DNA of 64,000 bases from Octopus bimaculoides. Its lineage: Eukaryota. The position numbers were made by a program, and so were the translations under genes. This document shows, in pieces, positions 1 to 10,400 of the stretch. Location: the NCBI RefSeq assembly GCF_001194135.2, contig NC_068982.1:36654522-36718521 (forward strand). Direction: 5' to 3'. Each line of letters opens with the position of its first letter. The first letter of the stretch is position 1. The notes under the pieces are model-generated. The model was not told the origin of the DNA and did no database searches. It saw only the letters and a list, made by a program, of their open reading frames with translations.

Positions 1-489
1 ATGATCAAAATTTCATTTTTCAGCCAGCTATATAGTGGAAATAATGCATTTTCACACATTAAACTTCTTTTAATTTATTTGTTCTATTGGGTTCAGAACC
101 TCTTTTGTAAACCAATCCAACATTTTAACAAAATAAGGCACAGTTCCAAATTTCTAGCATTTATATGGAAGGAGGTGATTGAAGAAAATAGTGTGAACAA
201 AGAAGGGAGGATAATAAGTATAAGAGACAGAAGTAGTTCCAAGGTGGTGAGGAAGTCACTGGTAGTGCAAAGAAAAGAGAAGGAGTAACATTTGCTGATA
301 TTTCCCTCAAGAGATTATGGCCACCAAGTAGGGCCATGGATAAAAGAATGATGGAGGGCTGGTTGTTAGGGGAATGAGATGTGGGAAATGCTTGAAGGGC
401 AGAATGAGTTATGAGTATAAATAGAATGCTTTAAGGAAATCATTTTTACTGTGGTAGACAGCTCTTCTTGGGGACAGTGAATTGCTAAT

Positions 490-1205
490 CATCTCAGTGT
501 TTTATCACCTCTTCCATAAGTCTCAGAATCTTCAGGTCAGCTTTCACTACTCTTTCTCATGTCTTCCTAGGACTCCCTATTCTACAAATTCCATTCACTT
601 TGAGCAATTGGCACTTTTTTATGCAGCTGTTCTCATTTATGTGCATTACATAATCAACCCAGTGGAGATTTTTTCTCGTACACTACATCTAATTCCTCTT
701 ATGCTCAATTTTCAACATGGCATTGCACATCCATTGAAACATATTAGTTTCATTCCTCTCTAATCTTCACATGTCCCCTGCATTCAGTGCCTATGTTTCA
801 CTGCCATGTAGCATAACTGTTCATACACAGGCATCATAAATCTATCTTTCACAGAGAAAGACGGGGAAGAGAGGCCTTTGCCAATAGAGATAATAGCTCT
901 CTGAACTTCCTCCATCCTATTCTTAGTCTAGCTGCTATATTTTCAGAGCATCCTCCTCCACCATTAATTCGGTCACCTAGGTAGCCTACTGTGCATTTTA
1001 GAAAATCTATCTCTTATTTGTCCTTGGTGTTCATTAAATTTGAAATACAATTGTCCTGTGTTTTCCTAGGGAGTAGAGTTCTGTCTGTTATCCTGCTTAC
1101 TAGGACTTTGGTCTTTAGTAAGTTAACTCTAAGGCTCTTTAATTTCAAGTTTTTCTCCCACACCTGGAATTTCTTTTCTAATTCTATTACAGCCATTTTT
1201 CCATG
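490..1205 (-). mobile_element. RTE-clade LINE, degenerate 3' ORF fragment
   Basis: Minus-strand translation gives ELEKKFQVWEKNLKLKSLRVNLLKTKVLVSR and YLGDRINGGGGCSENIAARLRIGWRKFRELL...VMLHGSET...SPRKT. This is homologous to the RTE copy at 52380-52850 (LEKKFRVWKQGLESKGFRVKVAKTKVLVSRK). Stops and frameshifts are present. Confidence 0.85.
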
Positions 1206-1929
1206 TTAGCATGGATTAGAAGAGAGTGTGTTTGTGTGTGTGTGTGTGCATACAACTTTAATGCAATATTAAAGTAAGAGACACCTCAAAGCTTGTATAT
1301 ACTTTGATTGCACATTGTCATTAACCTGTTTTAATACACACTTTTGCATGCATACACTTATACATGACCATATAACACCTCTTAACATAGAAGCCAATGA
1401 TAACCAACATTTAAAAATTTGAAATAGAATTACTGAATTATAATTGATGTATTTTTAAAATAAATTATTATTTCTTAATATTTAAGCATAACCATTTTAC
1501 TTATCCTACATTACCAGATAAGCTATACAATAACAAAACTTACAATTGTAATATGAATGTATAACATCCAGCTGTGTGTGTGTGCGTTGGTGTGTGTGAG
1601 TGTGTGTATGCATATGTGTAAAGCTGTGTCTGTGTGTATATACGCATACATAAAATTTTAAAGTAAGCGATAAACAGTATTAAACAATAATTAGATTTTG
1701 TAAACAAGAATTTGAGATTTAAGATCTTTTATGGTTTGCAAAATGATATAGATTATATTTATTTGTATGTATATTAATCCCCATGTTTCTGACATCTTCA
1801 TCACAATCTTTATGATTTAGATTTTCATTTCAAATTTTTTATCATCTTTTCTCATTGCTCATTATTCATTCTGTTATTTCATTTCATTCTCATATTTCTA
1901 TTTCCTTCTTAATTGTCTCACCACCATGT

Positions 1930-2373
1930 ATCCCTCCCCCTCTCTCTCTCTCTCTTATTCTTTTTCTCACTCTCTTATTCTTTTTCTCACTCTCTTCTCT
2001 CTCTTATTCTTTTTCTCACTCTCTTCTCTCTCTCTTTCTCTTTCTATCTCTCTCTTACACTTTCTGTCTTTCACTATCTCTTTCTCTTTGTCTCTCTTTT
2101 ATATACCTGTTTACATACCCACCTTTCTACCACCCTACCTACTTACCAACCTACCTATCTACCTATTTGTTTATCTATGTCTCTTTCTATCTTTCTCTTT
2201 TCTTCTCTATTTCTCTTTTCTTCTCTATTTCTCTTTATCTCTCTCTCTTTCTCTCTGTCTCTGTCTCTATCTCACTGTCTCTCTTTCTCTCTTTTTATCT
2301 ACCTACCTACCTTCCTACCTACCTACCTACCTACCTACCTACCTGTCTGTCTGTCTGTTTGTCTATCTGTCTA

Positions 2374-2430
<57 letters not shown>

Positions 2431-2730
2431 TCATCTATGTCTCACTCTCTCTCTCTTTCTCTACTATGTCTCTCAAGTATTTCCTTCATCTTCTCCCATA
2501 CAACTTTTTCTCATTTTCTTAACAACTCCTTTTTCTTCTTTAGCTTTAATTTTGTTATTATTATTGCTATTGTTGTTCTCTCAGCCTTTTCCATTCTCCT
2601 CCTTCACATCCGTTTCCTTCGTTTCTCACTCTGCAATTATTATATCTGTTTCATCCCCTATAGTATTTTCATTTAAACATTCCTTTCTCCCTCTACCACC
2701 ACCACCACCACCACCACCACCACCACCACT
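1930..2730. repeat. Compound low-complexity tract: (CT)n, (TACC)n, (TATC)n, ending in (CCA)n
   Basis: Read directly from the sequence. It generates the spurious L/S/F-rich ORFs at 1855-2800. Confidence 0.95.
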
Positions 2731-3560
2731 AGTGACATGCACTGATTTCCAAGTCACCTGTTTTATAAGATGCCATCTTTACAGTGTCTTCTCATTGTGA
2801 ATCTGATGTAGCTGTAATATCACACACTAGAAATTATTCATATACCGTTATATTAATAAATAAATAACAAAATAAATAAATAAACAAATAAATAAATAGA
2901 ACTTTTGGAAATTACAAGTTTTAAGTTTTTTTCTTTTCTTTTTTTTTTTAGTAACCTTCTTGTTATCTTGTATTGTTCAATTCCATGCAGTTGTATCAAA
3001 CATCATATGATGCACACATGCAAACTAAATTTGGGTTTGTTAGTGTTCATTGTTATTTTTGTTTATGAAAAGTCTGTTTTTTTTTTTATATATATTGTTA
3101 TTGTTGTTATGAATGTTGATTTTTATTACGGCAATGAAAGTATTTTAACAATGATTCATGAATTCTATTTGAAATTAAAGAAAGAGAAAATGTTTACAAA
3201 AATAACAACCAATAAAAGAGCATCAATATTAACAACCAACAACACCAACAACATTGAAATAATAAATAGTATGTTCTAGTAAGAAGCCTTCCTTAGGGCT
3301 ATAAAGATAATTTGTATTTACACTAAAGATAGTTTTGATAGTTATGAAGAAGGTAGTGCTAGTTGTGATGGGGCTGATGGAGTGTTGATATTGTGATAAT
3401 GTGGGTGTTGGTGTTCTGAGTGTGATAGTTGTATTGTAAAGATGAGAGTGATAAGTTGAGGTGCTAGTAGTTTTTGAGCTTTGTATAGAGCGTGAACAGA
3501 AACAGATGTAGGGGTGGGAGAGCTAGGTATAATTGTAGTAATTAGGTTAGTCACAATGAT

Positions 3561-3614
3561 AGTGATAGTAATGTTAGTAGTGATAGTAATGTTAGTAGTG
3601 ATAGTAATGTTAGT
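3561..3614. repeat. 18-bp minisatellite, 3 perfect units (AGTGATAGTAATGTTAGT)
   Basis: Three exact units at 3561, 3579 and 3597, followed by (AGTGAT)n. Confidence 0.9.
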
Positions 3615-3944
3615 AGTGATAGTGATAGTGACATGGATGGATTTAGAGATGGGGATGATGGTAAAATTGCACAAAAATGAAGCTAGATTTTCTTATTTCT
3701 ATAAAATTATCAATGCCTACTGAAACTGACTATTTTACCTGTATAAAATATTCATTTATCTAGATATTACATGTCTGTTCTTATGCTTGACATAACTTCC
3801 ATCCACTCCATTCTCAGGTTATCTTCTGATGTTTAAATTCTACATATGTATATGTTACTGAACTGGATTTTTAACTGAAAACTCTAATTTTACAACTATG
3901 GTGTTGTGTGTGCCTCAGTGATTATGAGTTGTGACATAATCACT

Positions 3945-4070
3945 GTCATGGAGCATAGCTGTTCATACACAGGCATCATACAATTTAATTTTCAGTCAAA
4001 AAGAAAGAGAGAGAGAGAGACTTTTGTAAATAGAGATAATAGCTCTGTGAACTTCCTCCACCCTATTCTT
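3945..4070 (-). mobile_element. Short RTE LINE fragment
   Basis: Matches the 800-925 RTE segment (gcatagctgttcatacacaggcatcata...agagataatagctctgtgaacttcctcca). Confidence 0.75.
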
Positions 4071-5440
4071 ATAATTTAAAAACTATGGCATTGAGCCTCA
4101 GTGGTTATGAGCTATGATAAATGTGATAGGTAGTCATTAACACTTCAGCACCTTAATATCATTGGAAATGTGCTTCTATGTAAATATTCACATTTCTAAA
4201 AATTGTGCTATTCATGATAGTATGGAAAATCTGGCATGAAAGATGCTTGCATTAGAACAAATATGAAATGTTCTACTCTTGGATGCATAACTTAGCTTGT
4301 CTGTCTGCTTGGTAATAAATAAATAAATAAATGTGTCATCCATTTTATGATTGTGAAGTTTGTGATAAGAAGTGCATCCAAAGTAGGAAAAAATTTCATT
4401 TCAACAAAATGAAAATTAAAATTTGCAAAACTTTGCATTAAAAAAAAAAAAAAAAAAGACTGTAAAAAGAGGGAAAATACAATATAGTTGAGAGAAATGC
4501 AATGACATCAAAACAACTGGAAATGAATGAAAACTATTTCAAATATTAACAAATTTTAATCTTGGCAATTAAGATTAAATTTATTCAAGTATATTTTCAT
4601 AGATTAATTTATATGAGGGTGGTGTTATATTTTGTGAAGAATACATATTCATCATTTTGAAAAACAAGCAAAAACAATAAAAATAAAAAAATTGATAGCA
4701 TGTTTTTAATTTGCTGAAATTTAGTTTGCATCAATTTTGCTTTAATTTCCCTATAGAGATTAGAATGTGAGTTTCTCTGAATAGAAAGTATATTTCATTC
4801 CAATACATTAATGTCTACAAAAGGACAAAAAATACTTTTGTTAGTTTGTGACCTGTTTTGACCACATGAAGTCTGAGTTGAATGATTTGATGCCATAATA
4901 ATGCTACTAAACCACAAAGGAAAAAAAAAATATTAGTTAAATTACACCAGCAGTAATTGTTCAAAATATCAGCAAGTTAATTATATTCTAAAAAATTAAA
5001 TGAAGCACTTTAAAAAAAAAAGTCACCTTAATAATAAGTGCATTCACATGCTTGAAAATAATACAAAAAAAAATTAAGCTTTTCCTTCTCTTGTTTACAA
5101 ACTGAAACCTGGGCTGATATAAAAATTTCAACAAAAGGTTTTGCAGAATAGAATAAAAATGGACAATTGACACTAAATGGTAGTCTTATCTTCATCATTA
5201 TTAATGCACTTGTTTATGTAACAGAATATTTACCTCATAAAATTGAAAAACTTAGTAAACTGAAAGAATGAACAAAGACAATTGACCTAAATTCCATAAG
5301 TTTAGTGTACCAGCTGAATTGTAAACTATATAAAGCATAAAGGAATTTGGATCTACTGGCTCAACGTTGTCTGAATTCCAGCATAGGAATTTTATTAATT
5401 ATTTACAAAAAACACATTTCATTCCATTGGAAATACCACA

Positions 5441-5506
<66 letters not shown>
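5441..5506. repeat. (AAT)n microsatellite
   Basis: Read directly from the sequence. Confidence 0.98.
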
Positions 5507-5507
<1 letters not shown>

Positions 5508-5783
5508 TCATATAAAGTCACAAGGGTGTAACTGAAAAGGTGAGGTACGATTTCATCAAACCAGGTCCATTACTCAGTTTCAATTACCCAGGTGTACCTA
5601 TCTTCCTATACCCTTAAGTCAACAAGTTAATGACCCAGTATATGATACCATTAGATATAACTACCAATATCAAAGTATTTTAAATAACTGGTTATTTTCT
5701 ATTTTATTCTGAACATGTGCTCCAGCATTACCACAGTCCAATAGCGGAAACAAGTAAAAGAATATGCACATTAAATGAAGTTC

Positions 5784-5948
5784 TTAACCTTTTGGCATTC
5801 ATTCAGATTACATATTTATTCACACTGTTTTGAATTAATCATACGTTATCTCATAGCTTCAAGATTTCAAAGATGTGATTGTTTAGAATGACATTATAGG
5901 GTAGGTGGGAGAAGCTGGATATGGCCTGTTTAAATGCAGAAGTGTTAA
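5784..5948. mobile_element. Degenerate TTAA-flanked MITE (piggyBac-type)
   Basis: TTAA-CCTTTTGGCATT at the left end and ATGCAGAAGTG-TTAA at the right end form an imperfect TIR. End style matches the MITEs at 46974 and 57954. Confidence 0.45.
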
Positions 5949-6187
5949 ATAAAATATGCTTGCCATTTCTATCTACAAAACAGTTTTCGTGTACCACATG
6001 GATAATGTTATTAAACCACATGACTCAGTCATAATAGATGCCTGTTTTGAAATTGGACTATCTACTATGTTCTCTACTGCTCATGACTTCAATTTACTCA
6101 GCTAAATGAATTACTGTTGCTGACTTACCATATTTACTTACTTACTATTATGGATTTATCCCAAATTAATAAGAATTTAACTACTTT

Positions 6188-6285
6188 GGCACAGGCAAGG
6201 CTATGTGATTGGGCAAGTGGGAAAGAGTCTTTTACTATAGCCATGGAGCAAACCAAAGCCTTGTGAGTGGATTAGGCTGATGAAA
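6188..6285 (+). mobile_element. tRNA-derived SINE, internally deleted
   Basis: Family motifs ggcacaggcaaggctatgtg, gggcaagt, tactatagcc and accaaagccttgtgagtggatt. Confidence 0.7.
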
Positions 6286-6345
6286 GGGAAAAAAACTAGA
6301 AGTAGTTGATAGCTTCCATTACCTAGGTAACCAAGTCAGTACAAC
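6286..6345 (+). mobile_element. 60-bp RTE ORF fragment (GKKLEVVDSFHYLGNQVS)
   Basis: Near-identical to 52708-52756 (ggggagaaactagaaatagttgacagcttccactacctaggtgaccaagt). Confidence 0.8.
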
Positions 6346-6346
6346 A

Positions 6347-6496
6347 GGTTTCTTTTAGTTTCCGTCTACCAAATCCACTCAAAAGGCTTTGGTCAGCCTG
6401 AGGCTATAGTAGAAGACACTTGCCCAAGGTGCCATGCAGTGGGACTGAACCCAGAACCATGTAGTTGAGAAGTACGCTTCTTACGACACAGCCATG
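6347..6496 (-). mobile_element. tRNA-derived SINE head and body
   Basis: Reverse complement has an A-box-like TGGCTGTGTCGT and B-box GGTTCAGTCCC, then ggcaccttgggcaagtgtcttctactatagcc. Confidence 0.9.
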
Positions 6497-6836
6497 AACT
6501 TGTGTCTCCAAGCAATCCCGAGGTTTAGAGCAAATTCAATTTGCAAATCAGGATACTGGTTAAGAAGTAACAGGATATGAAACAAATTTGAGATGGCTTC
6601 TGGCTGATAGCCCTCTACTGGCCAACTCACGTGGAGTTATTGATCTGGAAGTGATATCAGTTATTTTCGTTGTTGTTTGGCTTATGTGATTGGACAGGAT
6701 GTTGGTGAGCAGTTGTCACTACTATGTTTGGAAGCTGTCATATGGTTTAATGTGTAAATAATGTAGCATTAAAGTGAATGATTACTCAATACTTTGTAGT
6801 AGAGTATATATTTATTAACTTTTATAAGTAACAGAG

Positions 6837-6919
6837 TGACATTGACTTCAAAGTTTCAGCTTGCGTCCCATCATCAGTTTGATGATGTTGGGCAAGATGA
6901 AAATTTGAAGTTATTGTCA
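6837..6919. repeat. Imperfect palindrome, 40-bp arms with a 3-nt loop, carrying hammerhead-like cores
   Basis: Arms 6837-6876 and 6880-6919 match at 32 of 40 positions. Confidence 0.85.
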
Positions 6920-6937
6920 TTCTTTTACTTCTAAAAG

Positions 6938-6940
<3 letters not shown>

Positions 6941-7008
<68 letters not shown>
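6941..7008. repeat. (AC)n microsatellite
   Basis: Read directly. Many other (CA)n/(TG)n tracts occur, e.g. near 17.1, 24.1, 25.7-25.9, 38.7 and 48.4 kb. Confidence 0.98.
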
Positions 7009-7009
<1 letters not shown>

Positions 7010-7559
7010 AGATAAGTATCCAGTTGTTAAATAAGTTATGTTTAAACATTAGAAAACTTTAGTGTACACAGATTTAGTGACATTTTACAATATTGTCATT
7101 GTGTTACAATATTGTCTCTATGCCTCCAGTTCCCTATGTAGTTCTTGGCCTATACATAAATAGATCAGATTGGAAGCGCAAACCTATTTTACTCAATGAT
7201 TAACATTGAAATTTATTGATTGTCATTGCAAAAGCCACTTGTACTGGAAACTGAAAACATGTATGGTTGATAGGCAGAGTGATGTCAAGTGCCTCAGTTT
7301 AATTCTTGGCATGATGACTAACAATATCACTTTCTATTATGTGTTCATTTAAATAATGAGTTACTGGAATTCATGTTTCATTATAAAGCCCATTAACCTT
7401 AGTGAGTTAAATTTCACAATAGCTTACAACATGTGTTCCTTTCTTTGACCATTTTCAAGGTCAAAGCATGGAGCACTCTCCACTAAGTTATAGTCGTTTA
7501 GGAACTCCATTGGATAATTGCTCAAATTGTGTTCATCATTGCAGGAATTAATGCATTTG

Positions 7560-7850
7560 TAAATGACCGTTGCTACATCCAATATGTTGATAATTTTGTC
7601 TTTTATAGAATCAGCAATAACGAGTTAGATCCCTAATGAAAGAAGATGATAACGCACCATAGCTATCAATAAGGCCATTTGGGTTATCACTTTGCATTTG
7701 ACCCATGAAACATTGACAACATTCAGCTCTTAGTTCCCATTGATTCTTTTGATTCCATTGATGCTGTCCTTTTTCAACTTTGTATAAGCTACGATCAAAA
7801 CACTCATGTAATAATCTTCCTCCCACCCGAAACACTTCAAAATTATTGAT
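7560..7850 (-). mobile_element. Probable Helitron Rep (Helitron_like_N region) relic
   Basis: GGRLLHECFDRSLYKVEKGQHQWNQKNQWELRAECCQCFM...LSSSFI resembles the Helitron motif GRLFQQY.VD.Y.K.E..RL.WIR.NQ..LRAE.Y.GL...LPSSF. The comparison is from memory, with no alignment run. Confidence 0.55.
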
Positions 7851-8167
7851 TTAACGCATCTTCCTATATGCATTATGGTCTAACTACATTATTTCTTTAT
7901 TTATTTGTTTCTTTGTTTTGTTATTATTCATACCCTTGAAAATTATGCCCCAAACCTTTCTTCACTCACCTTAGAAATCAAAGAAAAAACAAGCAAAGTG
8001 TAACAGCTCATAATCCTGATTCAGCTGATTAAATTTTCTGCAAATATTTATCATGTTCATATACAACAAAACCATAATATACACTAGTGTTTCCTCCTTT
8101 TCCCACTAAAACAACATCTATTAAGAAACAGAAATATCAGAACTTCTCATCTCATAGAATATGAACA

Positions 8168-8310
8168 TAGGTACATGCATGGCTATTGGCACAGTTGTGG
8201 CTTGTTTCCTAGCCATATGGTCTTGGGTTCAGTCCCACTATGAGGTATCTTGGGCAAGTGTCTTCTACTATAGCCCCAGGATGACCAAAGCTTTGTGAAT
8301 GGATTTAATA
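8168..8310 (+). mobile_element. tRNA-derived SINE
   Basis: ggtacatgcatggct...gggttcagtcccact...ttgggcaagtgtcttctactatagcc...accaaagctttgtgaatggattt, followed by (CA)n. Confidence 0.9.
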
Positions 8311-8431
8311 TATAGAATACATACACACACACACACACACACACACATCTAATATATATATAATTATATATATAAAATGTAAGTATATATATATATATAT
8401 ATTATATTTTATTATTATTATTATTATTATT

Positions 8432-8971
8432 GAGTGAGAGAGCAGTACATGTCATCAAAGTGACACTGGGGTAAAATATACGAAGCCCAGTATACCCATC
8501 ATGACTACCCGTCTGATAAGGGTACACCAGGCACATGCATCACAACCATATGTGCGCAACATAGTGATCACATATCAAGATAAACGGTGCATGACCTCGC
8601 AGGTGGGGCCCAGTTAGAATTTTCTTCAGGTCGAGTAGCCCATCCCGCTCAAAAGGTCCCTGAATAAGGTTTGTTTAAGGATGTTGAGCAAAACACCCAT
8701 GTTTCCAAAGGTGAATTATTTAAACCCAAAAGAATTCCTCTCAACACATGGCTATGATACTCCCCTACTACTTCTGCTCATGATCAGAGATGCACATATC
8801 GTCAGCCACCAAGGGACATGCTCAACTGGTTAAGGTAAAACAACTGACAAGCAAATCTGTGGTATTAAGCAGGATATTTGCTGTAGCCCATCTTTTTATA
8901 CCAAGACAAAACAATGTACATGATAACACTTCCAATCAATTAAGATCAGAAGCCATGAGAGCCACTGCCCC
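8432..8971. mobile_element. About 540-bp interspersed-repeat-like segment embedded in (ATT)n
   Basis: GC-richer than its flanks, retains CpG, and has sharp boundaries with (ATT)n at 8411-8431 and 8972-9015. Family not assigned. Confidence 0.55.
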
Positions 8972-9039
8972 TATTATTATTATTATTATTATCATTATTA
9001 TTATTATTATTATTACTGTTTTTTCTTTTTAACTCAGAT

Positions 9040-9538
9040 TTTATTGGAACTCTTTGAGTCCTGCATGCATAGCAGGCTTGCTACCTGCAGCCTGTGGTAC
9101 CATGTTATCTGTTCTTTTCAACTATCTAGTACTTTCCCAATGATTCTGGCTATGCCAAAAAAAAAAGAACCTTTTGTAACAGCTCAACTGGGTACTCTAT
9201 TCCAATTTCTTTTATATTCTTCTCGATGCCTTCTGTTACTGTCCCCCACGACCTGACAATAATTGACACTATCTTCACCATTATTTTCCATAGTCAAGCT
9301 ATCTCATATTTTTATATCAGGAGTACCAGAGAAACTGTACCGTCATGGAAAATTGTCCATAGCTCACCACATTCTGTTGACCAGGTCCATGGACTTCTGC
9401 CCTCCTGTCTCTTTGATGTAACAGATACTCATCATTGCTATTGGAATCAGAATCAGCCAATCTACTGGGCAAGTAATCACTCTCAGGGTCTGAGTAATCC
9501 TAATCAGAATCAACTATTGAGGACTCCTCACATGACAT
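9040..9538 (-). pseudogene. Degenerate coding relic with acidic N-terminus, possibly a piggyBac-like transposase
   Basis: From the ATG at 9538: MSCEESSIVDSD*DYSDPESDYLPSRLADSDSNSNDEYLLHQRD..., then stops and frameshifts. The family assignment is a guess. Confidence 0.3.
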
Positions 9539-10094
9539 TGAAGTGGTGGTGCTTGGCATAGATGGATGTGACAACAAACAAAAATGAGGACTGTAAATTC
9601 AATGAAGCTGGTGTACATGGATGCAACAAACTTGGTCTCAAAGCTGGTGTAGCTGGACATGAAGACCAAGGCGAGAACCATAAACTTAACAAAACAAGTG
9701 TAGTCAGATGTGACAGTGACGGTAAATTTTGTGAACTACCAGAAGAATTTGCTGAACATGTACGAATTTGATAAGAAACTATAGTGGAAATTGTGGTATA
9801 ATCACCAAAACTGCAGCTTTTATACTATTATGGTGATGAAGTCTTGAGCAGTGTTGGAAAACCTATCAGATTCCTTGAAATTTGCATGGTGGCCTCTATT
9901 ATTGATGCCATGAGTGATAGCTGATATTTATGTTAGCCGGTACACAAACAAATACAAAATCACAGCAGATACAGCCATGTATATTTATGTCATCTGATTC
10001 AAAGCAAGTACACAGTACATGTAAATTTATGTCAACATGAGGTTAATTGTTAGTCCAGTTGGTAGGTGAGACACAGGACTTGGAATTCTGCATG

Positions 10095-10400
10095 TGTTTA
10101 TGCCATCTCTATTTCAAGTTAACAAAGGAACTTCTACTAGGTCACTCAATCTGTTAGAAATGACAGCCAAATCTCCTTCAAATCATATCTTGCCATTAAA
10201 AAGATAGATCAGATAATGTGGTCCTGAAATATCCCTGTCCATAAAAAAAAAAAGATAGGATGATCATGAATGAAATGCTTTTTCTCACAGGTCTGCTTGA
10301 TCAGAGCTGATTTTAAGCCTCAACAGTGACAACAACAGCAACAGCAACAGCAGTAATAAACAACAGCAACAAAAATAGCAACAGCAGGAATGATAGTAGC
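10095..10400 (+). mobile_element. SINE-like repeat with (CAA/CAG)n tail
   Basis: The core gacagccaaatctccttcaaatca...gatcagagctga...caacaacagc recurs at about 60380-60580 and more weakly at 62600-62700. Confidence 0.6.

Noticed and set aside
1855-2800. Three long overlapping ORFs (198-295 aa)
   Set aside because: They are translations of CT/TACC/TATC microsatellites, which lack stop codons by composition.
3342-3723. Ile/Thr-rich and Val/Met-rich ORFs on both strands
   Set aside because: They are driven by the 18-bp minisatellite and GT-skewed low-complexity sequence.
8168-8240. tRNA-like A/B boxes (and in other SINE heads)
   Set aside because: There is no acceptor stem or cloverleaf, and the sequence continues into the SINE body. 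Not tRNA genes.
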